This document shows, piece after piece, positions 26,559 to 38,746 of a stretch of DNA of 64,000 bases. Numbering within the stretch: position 1 is the first letter of the stretch; each line of letters starts with the position of its first letter. The notes under the pieces were generated by a model. It searched no databases. It was not told the origin of the DNA and saw only the letters and a list, made by a program, of their open reading frames with translations. Both the position numbers and the translations under genes were made by a program. Source of the stretch: Bacillota bacterium (lineage in GTDB: Bacteria; Bacillota; Clostridia; Peptostreptococcales; Anaerovoracaceae); NCBI GenBank assembly GCA_017536365.1, contig JAFXHN010000057.1:2476-66475 (forward strand), in the 5' to 3' direction.

Positions 26559-28070
26559 GTGGACTTAAGGCCTGAAGAAATAAGAGCCGTGATTAAGAAC
26601 CAGATCAAGAACTACGGCGTTACATTAGAATCAGCCAACGTTGGTACTGTAATTCAAGTAGGGGACGGTATTGCCAGAATCCACGGCTTAGAAAAATGTA
26701 AAGCCGGCGAACTCCTTGAATTCCCTAACGACGTTTACGGAATGGCACAGAACCTTGAAGAAGACAACATCGGGGTTGTACTTCTCGGTTCAGATATGCT
26801 CGTAAAAGAAGGCGATGTAGTTAAAGCAACAGGTAGAGTAGTAGAAGTACCTGTTGGTGAAGAATTAATCGGTCGTGTTGTTAACGCTCTTGGTCAGCCT
26901 ATCGACGGCAAAGGCGCTATCAATACAACAAAAACAAGACCTATCGAATATCCGGCTCCTGGTGTAATCGAAAGAAAATCAGTATTCCAGCCTCTCCAGA
27001 CAGGTATCAAAGCGATCGACTCAATGATTCCTATCGGAAGAGGACAGCGTGAATTGATCATCGGAGACAGACAGACAGGTAAAACAGCTATCGCTGTTGA
27101 CACAATCATTAACCAGAAGAAAGAAAACGTAATCTGTATCTACGTTGCTATCGGTCAGAAGGCTTCAACAGTAGCACAGATCGCTCAGACATTAGCTGAT
27201 CACGATGCTCTCGAATACAGCATCATCGTATCTGCAAGTGCCAGCGAACTTGCTCCTCTTCAGTACATCGCTCCATATGCTGGATGCGCAATGGCAGAAG
27301 AATTCATGTACCAGGGTAAAGACGTATTGATCATTTACGATGACCTTTCAAAGCATGCTGTTGCTTACAGAGCAATGTCACTGCTTCTTAGAAGACCTCC
27401 AGGACGTGAAGCTTATCCTGGTGACGTATTCTATCTCCACAGCAGACTTCTCGAAAGAGCAGCTAAATTATCAGATGAAAACGGCGGCGGTTCAATCACA
27501 GCTCTCCCAATCATCGAAACACAGGCTGGCGACGTATCAGCTTATATCCCAACAAACGTAATTTCAATCACAGACGGTCAGATCTATCTTGAAACTGAAC
27601 TGTTCTTCTCAGGTCAGAGACCAGCGGTTAACTCCGGTATCTCTGTATCCCGTGTAGGCGGTGACGCTCAGATCAAAGCTATGAAACAGGTAGCTGGTAA
27701 GATTCGTCTTGAATTAGCTCAGTATAGAGAACTTGCAGCGTTCTCACAGTTCGGATCAGACCTGGATAAAGATACACAGGCTCGTCTTGCACAGGGTGAA
27801 AGACTCATGCAGGTATTAAGACAGCCTCAGTACGCTCCAATGGCTGTAGAAGCTCAGATCATGATCATCTTCGCAGTTATCAACAAGTACCTTGCAGACA
27901 TTCCTGTAAACAAAGTTGGTAAATTCGAAAAAGATTTCCTCGAATTCATGGATTCACACCATGCAGAAATCGGCAAAACAATCGTTGCTGAAGGAAAGAT
28001 CACTGACGAAACAGAACAGAAATTAAGAGCGGCTATCGAAGAGTTCTTACCTCAGTTCTCAGTAGAGTAA
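26559..28070 (+). CDS. atpA: F1 ATP synthase subunit alpha
   Basis: 503 aa (GTG start). Walker A GDRQTGKT. Confidence 0.95.
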   Translation: MDLRPEEIRAVIKNQIKNYGVTLESANVGTVIQVGDGIARIHGLEKCKAGELLEFPNDVYGMAQNLEEDNIGVVLLGSDMLVKEGDVVKATGRVVEVPVGEELIGRVVNALGQPIDGKGAINTTKTRPIEYPAPGVIERKSVFQPLQTGIKAIDSMIPIGRGQRELIIGDRQTGKTAIAVDTIINQKKENVICIYVAIGQKASTVAQIAQTLADHDALEYSIIVSASASELAPLQYIAPYAGCAMAEEFMYQGKDVLIIYDDLSKHAVAYRAMSLLLRRPPGREAYPGDVFYLHSRLLERAAKLSDENGGGSITALPIIETQAGDVSAYIPTNVISITDGQIYLETELFFSGQRPAVNSGISVSRVGGDAQIKAMKQVAGKIRLELAQYRELAAFSQFGSDLDKDTQARLAQGERLMQVLRQPQYAPMAVEAQIMIIFAVINKYLADIPVNKVGKFEKDFLEFMDSHHAEIGKTIVAEGKITDETEQKLRAAIEEFLPQFSVE

Positions 28071-28100
28071 AATTTAATTGAGAAAATGGAGGTGAACTAA

Positions 28101-29015
28101 ATGGCAGGCGCTGGAATGCGAGATATCAAACGCAGGATCAAGAGTGTTAACAGCACAAGACAGATCACAAAAGCCATGGAATTAGTTGCATCTTCAAAAC
28201 TCCGTAAAGCAAGAGAAAGAATGGAAGTTTACAGACCATATTTCAATGCGGTATCAGGAGTAGTAAGCGAGATCCTTGGAAAATCAGAAGGATTCAAGAG
28301 TGAATACGTTGAAGGCGCAAGAGAGATCAAGAAAACCCTTTACATAGTAGTTGCAGGGGATAAAGGTCTTTGCGGCGGTTTCAATACAAACACTTTTAAA
28401 CTTCACACAGCGGTTGAAAAGGAAAAAGAAACAGAAGCTTGCATTATTCCGATCGGCGTAAAGAGCGTTGATTATTTCGGAAAAAGAAATTATGAAATTG
28501 TCAGATCCTATCAGGGTATCGGAGAAACGATCACATATGCTGAAGCAAAAGACCTTTCTGACGAAGTACTCAGAATGTACAGAGACGGCGAGATCGATGA
28601 AGTTTATGTTATCTATACACAGTTTGTCAGCATGATTTCACAGCAGACCAAAGCTGCAAGAGTTCTTCCTATTTCAAAGGCAGACTTTGAAGAAAATATC
28701 GAACAGCTTACTGAAGAATCAGAAAGCGTTGTTGGTGAAGGAACACCTGAACTCTTTGAAGTAACTGTGTTTACTCCTAATGAAGAGGACTTCTTCAACC
28801 TGTTCGTACCTCAGTACGTTGAAAGCATGATCTACGGCGGATTAGTAGAATCATATGCGAGTGAACAGGCTGCAAGAAGAACTGCAATGGAAAATGCTTC
28901 GGACAATGCGAAGGAATTAATAGATCAGTTAACATTGTTCTACAACAGAGCAAGACAGGCTGCAATTACTCAGGAAATCACTGAAATTGTCGGCGGTGCT
29001 GATGCGTTACAATAG
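28101..29015 (+). CDS. atpG: F1 ATP synthase subunit gamma
   Basis: 304 aa. N-terminal IKRRIKSVNSTRQITKAMELVA and C-terminal ITQEITEIVGGA. Confidence 0.92.
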   Translation: MAGAGMRDIKRRIKSVNSTRQITKAMELVASSKLRKARERMEVYRPYFNAVSGVVSEILGKSEGFKSEYVEGAREIKKTLYIVVAGDKGLCGGFNTNTFKLHTAVEKEKETEACIIPIGVKSVDYFGKRNYEIVRSYQGIGETITYAEAKDLSDEVLRMYRDGEIDEVYVIYTQFVSMISQQTKAARVLPISKADFEENIEQLTEESESVVGEGTPELFEVTVFTPNEEDFFNLFVPQYVESMIYGGLVESYASEQAARRTAMENASDNAKELIDQLTLFYNRARQAAITQEITEIVGGADALQ

Positions 29016-29024
29016 ATTTAATGA

Positions 29025-30428
<1,404 letters not shown>

Positions 30429-30439
30429 GAGGTGGCAAA

Positions 30440-30721
30440 ATGGCAAAACCATTTCATCTCGAAGTAGTTACTCCGGAAAAGAGATTATTTGATGGCGAAG
30501 CTGATATGGTCGTAGTAAGGACTGTAGATGGCGATGAAGCGTATCTTTATGACCACATTTTTACAAATGCTATCATTGGTAAAGGTCTTCTTAAGATTAG
30601 AACTGATGAAAACAAAATGCAGGTCGCAAACTGTGAAGGCGGTTTTGTAAAGGCAAACGAATCAGGCGTTACAGTAGTAGCCAAAATTGCCGATTGGCGT
30701 GAAGAAACAGAAGAAGATTAA
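30440..30721 (+). CDS. atpC: F1 ATP synthase subunit epsilon, beta-sandwich domain only
   Basis: 93 aa. Last gene of the operon. N-terminal LEVVTPEKRLFDGEADMVVVRTVDGDE is typical epsilon. No C-terminal helical hairpin is encoded before the stop and terminator. Confidence 0.8.
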   Translation: MAKPFHLEVVTPEKRLFDGEADMVVVRTVDGDEAYLYDHIFTNAIIGKGLLKIRTDENKMQVANCEGGFVKANESGVTVVAKIADWREETEED

Positions 30722-30736
30722 TTCTTTGTATGTTGT

Positions 30737-30765
30737 CCCCCATTCTTTGAATGGGGGATTTTTTT
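30737..30765 (+). terminator. atp operon intrinsic terminator
   Basis: CCCCCATTC / GAATGGGGG stem followed by a T-run. Confidence 0.85.
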
Positions 30766-30887
30766 AGTTTAAGGAACAGCGTTATAGGACTTCAATCGTC
30801 TTGTATATTAGTGTGTGTTTATGGTATAATTACCTATTATGATTCGGAGAGGGTTCCATTCGCCTCTCTTACGAAGGAGGAAAAATC

Positions 30888-32846
30888 ATGGAAAAAAAGA
30901 CATTTTACATTTCAACACCAATTTATTACCCAAGCTCAAATCTTCATATCGGCCACACATACTGCACAGTAGCGGCAGACGCAATGGCTAGATTCAAAAG
31001 ACTTCAGGGCTATGATGTAATGTTCCTTACAGGAACTGATGAGCACGGCCAGAAGCTTCAGAGAATAGCTGAACAGAACAATATGAAGCCGATCGAATAT
31101 ATCGATAAGATCGTTGACGGAGTTAAAAAATTATGGGCTACCATGGAGATTTCTTACGACGATTTCATCAGAACAACAGAAGAAAGACACGTAAAAAGAG
31201 TACAGAAGCTCTTCATGCAGATGTACGAAAAAGGCGATATCTATAAAAGTTCATATGAAGGACTTTACTGCACACCATGTGAATCCTTCTGGACAGAAAC
31301 ACAGCTCGTAGACGGCAAATGCCCTGACTGCGGAAGACCTGTAGAAACAATGAAGGAAGAAGCATACTTCTTCAAACTTTCAAAGTATCAGGACAGACTG
31401 CTCGACCTGTTCGAAAACAATCCTGAATTCCTTGAGCCTGAATCAAGAAGAAACGAAATGATCAATTTCGTTAAACAGGGGTTGGAAGATCTTTGTATTT
31501 CCAGATCAACGTTTGACTGGGGTATTCCTGTACCTATTGATGAAAAACACGTAATATATGTGTGGCTAGATGCACTTTCCAATTACATCACAGCGCTCGG
31601 ATATCCTGATGAACCTGAAAAGTACAACAAGTACTGGCCTGCAGACATTCATCTCGTAGGTAAGGAGATCGTAAGATTCCATACTATCATTTGGCCTGCA
31701 ATGCTTATGTCAGCAGATCTGCCTCTTCCAAAGAAAGTTTTCGGTCACGGCTGGATCCTTCTTGAAGGCGGCAAAATGTCAAAGTCCAGAGGAAATATCG
31801 TAGACCCTGTAGTTCTCATTGAAAAATACGGAGTAGATGCGCTTAAGTATTTCCTTCTCAGAGAATATTCCTTCGGAAACGACGGAGTATTTACAAACGA
31901 AGTACTGCTGAACAGACTTAACTCTGACCTTGCAAACGACCTTGGAAATCTCGTAAGCAGAACAGTTTCCATGATCGAAAAATACGACGGCGGAATAATT
32001 CCTGAACACAATGTACCTGGAGATTTTGACGAAGATCTTATAGCTGTAGCAACAGGTGCAGCTGCAAAGGTAGAAGCTTATATGAATAAGATGAACTACA
32101 GTGCAGCATTGGATGAAATTTGGGCTATCGTTAGAAGAACAAATAAATACATCGATGAAACAACACCTTGGATCCTCGCTAAAAACGAAGAAGATAAGGG
32201 AAGACTCGATACAGTAATGTACAATCTTGCTGAAGCAATAAGAATAATCTCTGTTCTTATCCTTCCATTTATGCATCACACATCCAAAGAGATCTGGAGA
32301 CAGCTGGGCATAGCTGAAGGCGAAGGTACAGGATGGGAAGATACATTCAAGTTCGGTCTCACAAAGGTTGGCGCTAAGGTTGAAAAAGGCGCTCCTCTCT
32401 TCCCGAGAATAGATATTGAAAAGGAACTTGCGGCTCTTATGAATATGGAAGGCACCGGCAATGCTCCTAAGCAGGAGGAAAAAAAGGAAGAGAAGAAAGA
32501 AGAAAAGAAAGAAGCTGAACCAAAGGCAGAGATCACAATTGATGATTTCGATAAGGTGGAGCTTAAAACAGGTAAGATCCTCGAATGCAAAAAGCATCCA
32601 AAGGCTGACAAGCTTCTCGTTTCACAAGTAAAAGTAGGGGAAGAAGTAAGACAGATCGTTTCAGGCGTTGCGTCATATTATACACCTGAAGATATGGTAG
32701 GAAAGACTGTTGTCGTAGTTTCCAACCTTAAACCTGTAAAACTCAGAGGCGAAATGTCTCAGGGAATGATCCTCTTTGCAGACGATGCAGACGGTTCTCT
32801 CAAGTTCGTTACAACTGATGCTGCTGATGGATGCTTAGTGAAATAG
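30888..32846 (+). CDS. metG: methionyl-tRNA synthetase with C-terminal tRNA-binding (Trbp111-like) domain
   Basis: 652 aa. Motifs HIGH (NLHIGHTY) and KMSKS, a zinc knuckle CTPCE...CPDCG, and a K/E-rich linker before the C-terminal OB domain. Confidence 0.92.
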   Translation: MEKKTFYISTPIYYPSSNLHIGHTYCTVAADAMARFKRLQGYDVMFLTGTDEHGQKLQRIAEQNNMKPIEYIDKIVDGVKKLWATMEISYDDFIRTTEERHVKRVQKLFMQMYEKGDIYKSSYEGLYCTPCESFWTETQLVDGKCPDCGRPVETMKEEAYFFKLSKYQDRLLDLFENNPEFLEPESRRNEMINFVKQGLEDLCISRSTFDWGIPVPIDEKHVIYVWLDALSNYITALGYPDEPEKYNKYWPADIHLVGKEIVRFHTIIWPAMLMSADLPLPKKVFGHGWILLEGGKMSKSRGNIVDPVVLIEKYGVDALKYFLLREYSFGNDGVFTNEVLLNRLNSDLANDLGNLVSRTVSMIEKYDGGIIPEHNVPGDFDEDLIAVATGAAAKVEAYMNKMNYSAALDEIWAIVRRTNKYIDETTPWILAKNEEDKGRLDTVMYNLAEAIRIISVLILPFMHHTSKEIWRQLGIAEGEGTGWEDTFKFGLTKVGAKVEKGAPLFPRIDIEKELAALMNMEGTGNAPKQEEKKEEKKEEKKEAEPKAEITIDDFDKVELKTGKILECKKHPKADKLLVSQVKVGEEVRQIVSGVASYYTPEDMVGKTVVVVSNLKPVKLRGEMSQGMILFADDADGSLKFVTTDAADGCLVK

Positions 32847-32856
32847 AGGCGATAGA

Positions 32857-33627
32857 ATGGCCGGATTATTTGATTCACATACTCATCTGAACAATGAGTG
32901 GATATTGGAAGATATCGATGCGATCTGTAAAAGAGTAGAGGAAAACGGACTGGAATATGTGATGAACGTAGGCTTTGATCTGGAGAGTTCTTTACTTGCT
33001 GTTAACCAGGCTCAGAAGTATGACTGGTGCTATGCGGCAGTAGGCTGTCACCCTCATGATGTAAAAGGAATGGATGATATGACGCTCCTTATGTTCAAAA
33101 ACCTGGCAAGAAAGCCAAAGGTCATGGCGATAGGAGAGATCGGTCTGGACTTTTATTACAATCATTCACCTCAGGATATGCAGAGGGAATGGTTTAGAAA
33201 ACAGATACGACTGGCAAAGGAAATAGGTAAGCCTATCATCATTCATGATAGAGATGCTCATGAGGAGACTATGCAGATCCTCAAGGAAGAGGATGCTTTT
33301 CCGGGAGGCGTTCTGATGCACTGCTATTCAGGAAGTGCTGAAATGGCTAGACAGTATGTTAAACTGGGGGCTATGCTTTCCATTCCGGGAACGATAACTT
33401 TTAAGAACAACAGAAAACAGAGAGAGGTAGTGGAAACTATCCCTCTCGATCACCTCATGATAGAGACGGATGCGCCTTATCTAACTCCGGAGCCTTTCAG
33501 AGGAAAAAGAAACGAGCCTTCTTATGTAAAATATACGGCTCAGAAGATAGCAGAGATACTTAACTGTGATTTCGACACGGTGGTTGAGGCGACTAATGCA
33601 AATGCCAGAAGATTCTTCGGGATATAG
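32857..33627 (+). CDS. tatD: TatD-family metal-dependent hydrolase/DNase
   Basis: 256 aa. Motifs DSHTHL, GEIGLD and ETDAPYL. Confidence 0.85.
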   Translation: MAGLFDSHTHLNNEWILEDIDAICKRVEENGLEYVMNVGFDLESSLLAVNQAQKYDWCYAAVGCHPHDVKGMDDMTLLMFKNLARKPKVMAIGEIGLDFYYNHSPQDMQREWFRKQIRLAKEIGKPIIIHDRDAHEETMQILKEEDAFPGGVLMHCYSGSAEMARQYVKLGAMLSIPGTITFKNNRKQREVVETIPLDHLMIETDAPYLTPEPFRGKRNEPSYVKYTAQKIAEILNCDFDTVVEATNANARRFFGI

Positions 33628-33727
33628 GTCGTAAACTGTCGTAAAATTATTGTGAACAGACTCCATATATCGACATTATATCGGACAAACCTTTGATATA
33701 CTTCAAACAAAAAGTTTGGAGGTAGTT

Positions 33728-35116
33728 ATGGAAAACGCTGTCAAAGATTTATTAAAAACCGGTAAAGTGTTAAAAAAGGAAAAGTCTGTTTCAAAAATCG
33801 ATTATAGAATTATATTTTTTGCTGCGGCAGCTTTTCTTGTAGGGGGAGCTGCCGTTTTTGGTGTGGTTTCTCCCAGCAGTATAACATTTTTTTCGCTGGC
33901 TATGATCATACTTATAAGTACATATTTAATGTGTAAAGCGCTTATAGTCTGGGAGGAAGGCAGGACTACAGATCTCGATCGAACAAGGCAGATATTAGTG
34001 GATGGAAAGACTGCTTTTGAAAATCTGTCTCATGTTTACGGGCGAAATCTGTGCAAAAAAAATGTGGTAGAGATAGACGAGCTGAAAGCCTTGTTTAAAC
34101 TGCTAAACGAAGAGGTATGCAGCGGATGCTCCACCAGAAAAAACTGCTGGGAGATTTATTCCGGAAGGACGGAACAGTACATAAGAAACCTTCTCTCTTA
34201 CGCAGAGAAGGGCGAGGAAGAACTGATGCGGTCCGCGGATAGAAAAAACGGTTTTCTATGTGAGAACAGAGAGGCTATGAGCATTTATACCAAGAGCATT
34301 TGGACACAGCTGGAAGCAGAATATAAATGGAAGAAGAAGATGGAGTCCAGCAGAGAAGCTTTGGCAGCTCAGTATGAAGGCAATGCAGAGGTTTTTTCCA
34401 AAGCTTTGAGAGCCATTGGAAGCAGCAGACCAAATTTCAGCAGTAATATTATTGAGACTGTAAAAATAGGCATTTCCAAATATGCAAAAGACGGGGTTGT
34501 CTGCGGAGACAGCTGTGCCGGTACAAAATTAGACGATGCAAACTATCTTTTCCTCCTTAGTGACGGCATGGGCAGCGGCAAGAAAGCAGCAGGAGAGAGT
34601 ATGCTGACAGTAAATACACTTTACCAGCTGCTCAAGGCCGGATTTGAACCGGATGTGGCGTTAAGCGCGTTGAATGCTATACTGGTCATGAAATCGGAAG
34701 AAGAAATTTTTTCAACAGTGGATGTAGCTACTCTGAATGTAAAGAGCGGGGTAATAAACTTTTATAAAGCAGGGTCGGCAGACGCTTATATCAAAAGAAG
34801 CGGTATAGTGGAAACTATAAAAAGAGGGAGCCTGCCTATGGGTATAGTAGAGAAAGCAAAAGCGGAAAATGTTATAAGGCGCCTCAGACCTTCCGATATG
34901 GTAGTGCTGGTTTCTGACGGGATAGCGGAAGCCGGTTCGGGAGATGTCGGCAGTGGAACAGATGCTGAGGAAAACGGCTGGATAGAAAAAACTCTTATGG
35001 AGTTAAAATCTTCAGACCCTCAGACTGTTGCAGATCTTTTGCTGGGAAAAGCTTTGGAGAGGTATGGAGATGGTGAAAAAGATGATATGTCTATTCTTGC
35101 ATTTACAGTATCTTAA
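33728..35116 (+). CDS. SpoIIE-family PP2C-type phosphatase with a short two-TM N-terminus
   Basis: The C-terminal domain has GDSCAG...LSDGMGSGKKAAGES...VLVSDGI...DDMSILAF. ATG 33728 follows GGAGGT. It sits upstream of tilS, where spoIIE sits in Bacillus. Confidence 0.7.
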   Translation: MENAVKDLLKTGKVLKKEKSVSKIDYRIIFFAAAAFLVGGAAVFGVVSPSSITFFSLAMIILISTYLMCKALIVWEEGRTTDLDRTRQILVDGKTAFENLSHVYGRNLCKKNVVEIDELKALFKLLNEEVCSGCSTRKNCWEIYSGRTEQYIRNLLSYAEKGEEELMRSADRKNGFLCENREAMSIYTKSIWTQLEAEYKWKKKMESSREALAAQYEGNAEVFSKALRAIGSSRPNFSSNIIETVKIGISKYAKDGVVCGDSCAGTKLDDANYLFLLSDGMGSGKKAAGESMLTVNTLYQLLKAGFEPDVALSALNAILVMKSEEEIFSTVDVATLNVKSGVINFYKAGSADAYIKRSGIVETIKRGSLPMGIVEKAKAENVIRRLRPSDMVVLVSDGIAEAGSGDVGSGTDAEENGWIEKTLMELKSSDPQTVADLLLGKALERYGDGEKDDMSILAFTVS

Positions 35117-35220
35117 ACTGAGTCTGGAGAGATACTTAGCGGGGCTTGTCATAAGGGGGATAAAAACTGATTGATTATTTCGATCTCTGTTCGTATAATT
35201 GATTCAGAGAGGTTTTAAAT

Positions 35221-36585
35221 ATGAACAGGATCATTGAAAAAATCAAGAATACCGTAGAAAAATTTGAACTTATCAATAGTGGAGATAATGTAGTGGTGGG
35301 CTTTTCCGGAGGCCCGGATTCCACCTGTTTACTGCATAGTCTTTGGACTTTAAAAGATCATTTTGGGATAGATAAAATAGCCGCGGTGCATATAAATCAT
35401 ATGTATCGCGGAGAGGATGCATTCAGTGACGAGAAATTTTGTGAGGATTTCTGTAAAGAGAAGGGCATCCTTTTTTTTGCGTATAGATTTGATGTGGAAA
35501 AGCTTGCTGTTGAGTGGAAGACAAGCTCTGAGGACGCAGGCAGGACAGTAAGGTATGACTCCTTCAGAGCAGTGGCAGATAAACTGGGCGGAGCCAAAAT
35601 AGCTGTTGCTCACAATCGTCAAGACCAGGCCGAGACACTTCTTATGAGACTGGCAAGGGGAACCGGCACAGAAGGGCTTTGCGGTATAGATTATATAAGA
35701 GACGGTCAGATAATACGTCCGATATTGACTTGTGACCGGGAAGAAATTGAAGAATACTGTAGGCAGGAGGATCTTAGACCGAAGAGAGATCACACAAATT
35801 TAGAGCCTATATACACCAGAAATGTAGTTAGGCTGAAGCTGATCCCGTATATAGATGAGGTAATGGGATGCAGTATAGTAGATTCTTTAGCGGCGCTTTC
35901 AGACATAGCAAAAGAAGACAAAGACTTTATCGGGGGTTTTGTGGATGAGGTTATGAATGAATTTGTTATCGAAGGAGATCGGGGCTATTTAAATAGAGAT
36001 ATATTAAAAGGGCTTCATCCTGCTGTAAGAAAGCGGGTGGTGGTAAAAGCTTTCGGAAGAGTAGGGCTTATGAATGATATAGGTTCGGTGCATTTGGCGG
36101 GAGCAGAGGCTTTGCTGCTTTCTGACAAAACCTCGTCCGACTTAGAGTTTCCTCATAAGTTTATGATGAAGTGCAGGTATGACAGGGTATATTTTGAAAA
36201 AGTTCATAAAAAAAACACACAAGACTTTTCGATAGAATGTAGAATCATAGAAGAACCTTCAGAGGTAAGGCAGTACCTTAAAACAAAAAAGAGCCGGACC
36301 GATACAGATTTCCAAATCTTCGATCAGGATAAGATATCAGATGCGGCCAAACCTGTGCTAAGAAACAGACAGTCAGGGGATGTCATAACTCCGAAGGGAT
36401 TCAAAGGCACCAAAAAGTTGAAGGAATATTTTATCGATCGTAAAATAGACAGGGATATTAGAGATACTATTCCTTTGGTATGTATAGGGAATAAGGTTTT
36501 GTGGATATACGGGTATGAAATAAATGAAAAGTTTCTGCCGGATGACAGCTCTGACAGGCTGCTCATAGTAAAGATTAACGCGTAA
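35221..36585 (+). CDS. tilS: tRNA(Ile)-lysidine synthase
   Basis: 454 aa. PP-loop VGFSGGPDS. Confidence 0.88.
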   Translation: MNRIIEKIKNTVEKFELINSGDNVVVGFSGGPDSTCLLHSLWTLKDHFGIDKIAAVHINHMYRGEDAFSDEKFCEDFCKEKGILFFAYRFDVEKLAVEWKTSSEDAGRTVRYDSFRAVADKLGGAKIAVAHNRQDQAETLLMRLARGTGTEGLCGIDYIRDGQIIRPILTCDREEIEEYCRQEDLRPKRDHTNLEPIYTRNVVRLKLIPYIDEVMGCSIVDSLAALSDIAKEDKDFIGGFVDEVMNEFVIEGDRGYLNRDILKGLHPAVRKRVVVKAFGRVGLMNDIGSVHLAGAEALLLSDKTSSDLEFPHKFMMKCRYDRVYFEKVHKKNTQDFSIECRIIEEPSEVRQYLKTKKSRTDTDFQIFDQDKISDAAKPVLRNRQSGDVITPKGFKGTKKLKEYFIDRKIDRDIRDTIPLVCIGNKVLWIYGYEINEKFLPDDSSDRLLIVKINA

Positions 36586-36651
36586 TTTACATTGAAATAG
36601 ACTGTTATATATGATAAAATATTTTGTACTTCATATATAAGGAGGAGAATA

Positions 36652-38745
36652 GTGAACAAGAAATCATTAAGAGGAATAGGCCTTTATTTCGTAATATTTC
36701 TTATAATCCTTGCTACTGTGTTTATTTATTACGATGAACCGGAAGAGGAGATAAAAGAAATACCGTTTTCAGAAATGATAAATGAATTGTCAGACCAGAA
36801 TCTTATGACCATTCATATGGATAATACAGTATTAACGGGGACATTGAGAGACACGGGAGAAACCGTAGTGGCATATGCTTCGACGGAGATGGAAGCAAAT
36901 GTGGTATTTAGTAAATACGTATTGCCTCAGGTAGAGGAAGGACTTTTAGAAGTGTCTTCCGACGAACCTAAGCAGACTTCATGGTTTATGTCGATGCTCC
37001 CGACATTCCTGATACTCATCGTTTTCCTTGGAGTATGGTTCTTCTTTATGAATCATTCACAAGGCGGAGGCGGAAAGGTAATGGGCTTTGGCAAGAACCG
37101 GGCTACGCTTCATAAGGACGAAGACCTTAAGAAAGTAACCTTCAAGGATATTGCGGGACTTGAAGAGGAAAAAGAAGAATTGGCAGAAATAGTAGATTTT
37201 CTGCGAAATCCGCATAAGTACATCAATCTGGGCGCAAGGATACCTAAAGGAGTGCTTTTGGTAGGCCCTCCGGGAACAGGTAAAACATATATTTCTAAAG
37301 CTACTGCCGGAGAAGCAGGAGTTCCGTTCTACAGCATCAGCGGATCTGATTTCGTTGAAATGTTCGTAGGTGTTGGTGCTTCCAGAGTTAGAGACATGTT
37401 TGCTGAAGCGAAGAAAAATCATCCTTGTATCGTATTCATAGACGAGATCGATGCTGTGGGAAGAAAAAGAGGCGCAGGCCTTGGCGGCGGACATGATGAA
37501 AGAGAGCAGACTCTCAACCAGCTCTTGGTAGAAATGGACGGCTTCGGTGAAAACGAAGGCATCATCGTTATTGCTGCAACAAACAGACCTGACGTTCTTG
37601 ATCCGGCACTTCTCAGACCGGGAAGATTTGACCGTCAGATCGTTATCGACATCCCTGACCTTAAGGGAAGAGAAGAGATCATTGCTGTTCATTCAAAGAA
37701 CAAGCCTTTGGCAGACGATGTAAACGTACAGATCCTTGCAAAGAGAACACCTGGATTTACACCTGCAGATATAGAGAATATGCTTAACGAAGCAGCTATT
37801 TTAACTGCAAGATATAATATGAAGAGTATCGATATGGATACTATCGAAACTGCGATTACTAAGGTAATAGCAGGTCCGGAAAAGAAGAGCAGGATAATAA
37901 ACGAAAAAGAAAGAAGACTCACTGCTTACCATGAAGCAGGTCATGCTGTGGTGGCAACTCTTATGCCGGATACAGACAAGGTGCATCAGGTAACTATCAT
38001 TCCTAGAGGAAGAGCCGGCGGATTTACTATGACCCTTCCGGAAGAGGATAAGAGCTACATCACAAAGGGTGAAATGTTCAACCAGATCATTCATCTTCTG
38101 GGGGGACGTGTTGCGGAACAGCTGGTGCTGGATGATATCAGCACAGGTGCAAGCAACGACATCGAAAGAGCTACAAATATCGCAAGAAATATGGTAACAC
38201 GCTATGGCATGAGCGATAAGATCGGCCCTGTGAACTACAGTTCAGAAGACGAAGTATTCCTTGGAAGAGACTTCTCAACTAAGAAAAATATCTCTGAAGC
38301 TGTTACAAGTGAAATAGATCATGAGATCAGAAGCATTATTGAAGAAGCATATGCTAAAACTTCAGAGCTTTTAAGCGAAAATATGGATAAACTCCATGTT
38401 GTCGCGGAAGGTCTCTTAGAGCTTGAAACTCTCGATGCGGAACAGTTCGAAAGACTTTTCAACGGGGAAAGCGTTGAAACTCTTAAGGCTGAGTACGATG
38501 AAAAGAGAGAAAAACAGCTGAAAGAAAGAGAAGAAGCACGAATCAAAGCTGAAAAAGAGCTTGAGATAACCAGAAAGATCCTTGCAGGTCAGGTGGATCC
38601 AAAGACCGGAAGATATGTATATCCTCCACAGCAGGCGCCGAACCCTGTAAGAGATCAGAAGCAGGCAGAAGATAGCTGGGAAAGAGATCTGTTCCCGGGC
38701 GTTGACGAAGCCGAAAAATCTAAGGAACCTAAGCAGGAGGAATAA
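36652..38745 (+). CDS. ftsH: ATP-dependent zinc metalloprotease FtsH
   Basis: 697 aa (GTG start). Walker A GPPGTGKT, zinc site HEAGHA, two N-terminal TM helices. Confidence 0.95.
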   Translation: MNKKSLRGIGLYFVIFLIILATVFIYYDEPEEEIKEIPFSEMINELSDQNLMTIHMDNTVLTGTLRDTGETVVAYASTEMEANVVFSKYVLPQVEEGLLEVSSDEPKQTSWFMSMLPTFLILIVFLGVWFFFMNHSQGGGGKVMGFGKNRATLHKDEDLKKVTFKDIAGLEEEKEELAEIVDFLRNPHKYINLGARIPKGVLLVGPPGTGKTYISKATAGEAGVPFYSISGSDFVEMFVGVGASRVRDMFAEAKKNHPCIVFIDEIDAVGRKRGAGLGGGHDEREQTLNQLLVEMDGFGENEGIIVIAATNRPDVLDPALLRPGRFDRQIVIDIPDLKGREEIIAVHSKNKPLADDVNVQILAKRTPGFTPADIENMLNEAAILTARYNMKSIDMDTIETAITKVIAGPEKKSRIINEKERRLTAYHEAGHAVVATLMPDTDKVHQVTIIPRGRAGGFTMTLPEEDKSYITKGEMFNQIIHLLGGRVAEQLVLDDISTGASNDIERATNIARNMVTRYGMSDKIGPVNYSSEDEVFLGRDFSTKKNISEAVTSEIDHEIRSIIEEAYAKTSELLSENMDKLHVVAEGLLELETLDAEQFERLFNGESVETLKAEYDEKREKQLKEREEARIKAEKELEITRKILAGQVDPKTGRYVYPPQQAPNPVRDQKQAEDSWERDLFPGVDEAEKSKEPKQEE

Positions 38746-38746
38746 C

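Noticed and set aside
32469-32520. Purine-rich tract (GAGGAAAAAAAGGAAGAGAAGAAAGAAGAAAAGAAAGAAG) as a possible regulatory or repeat element.
   Set aside because: It is in frame within metG and encodes the K/E-rich linker (EEKKEEKKEEKKE) between the catalytic body and the C-terminal tRNA-binding domain.
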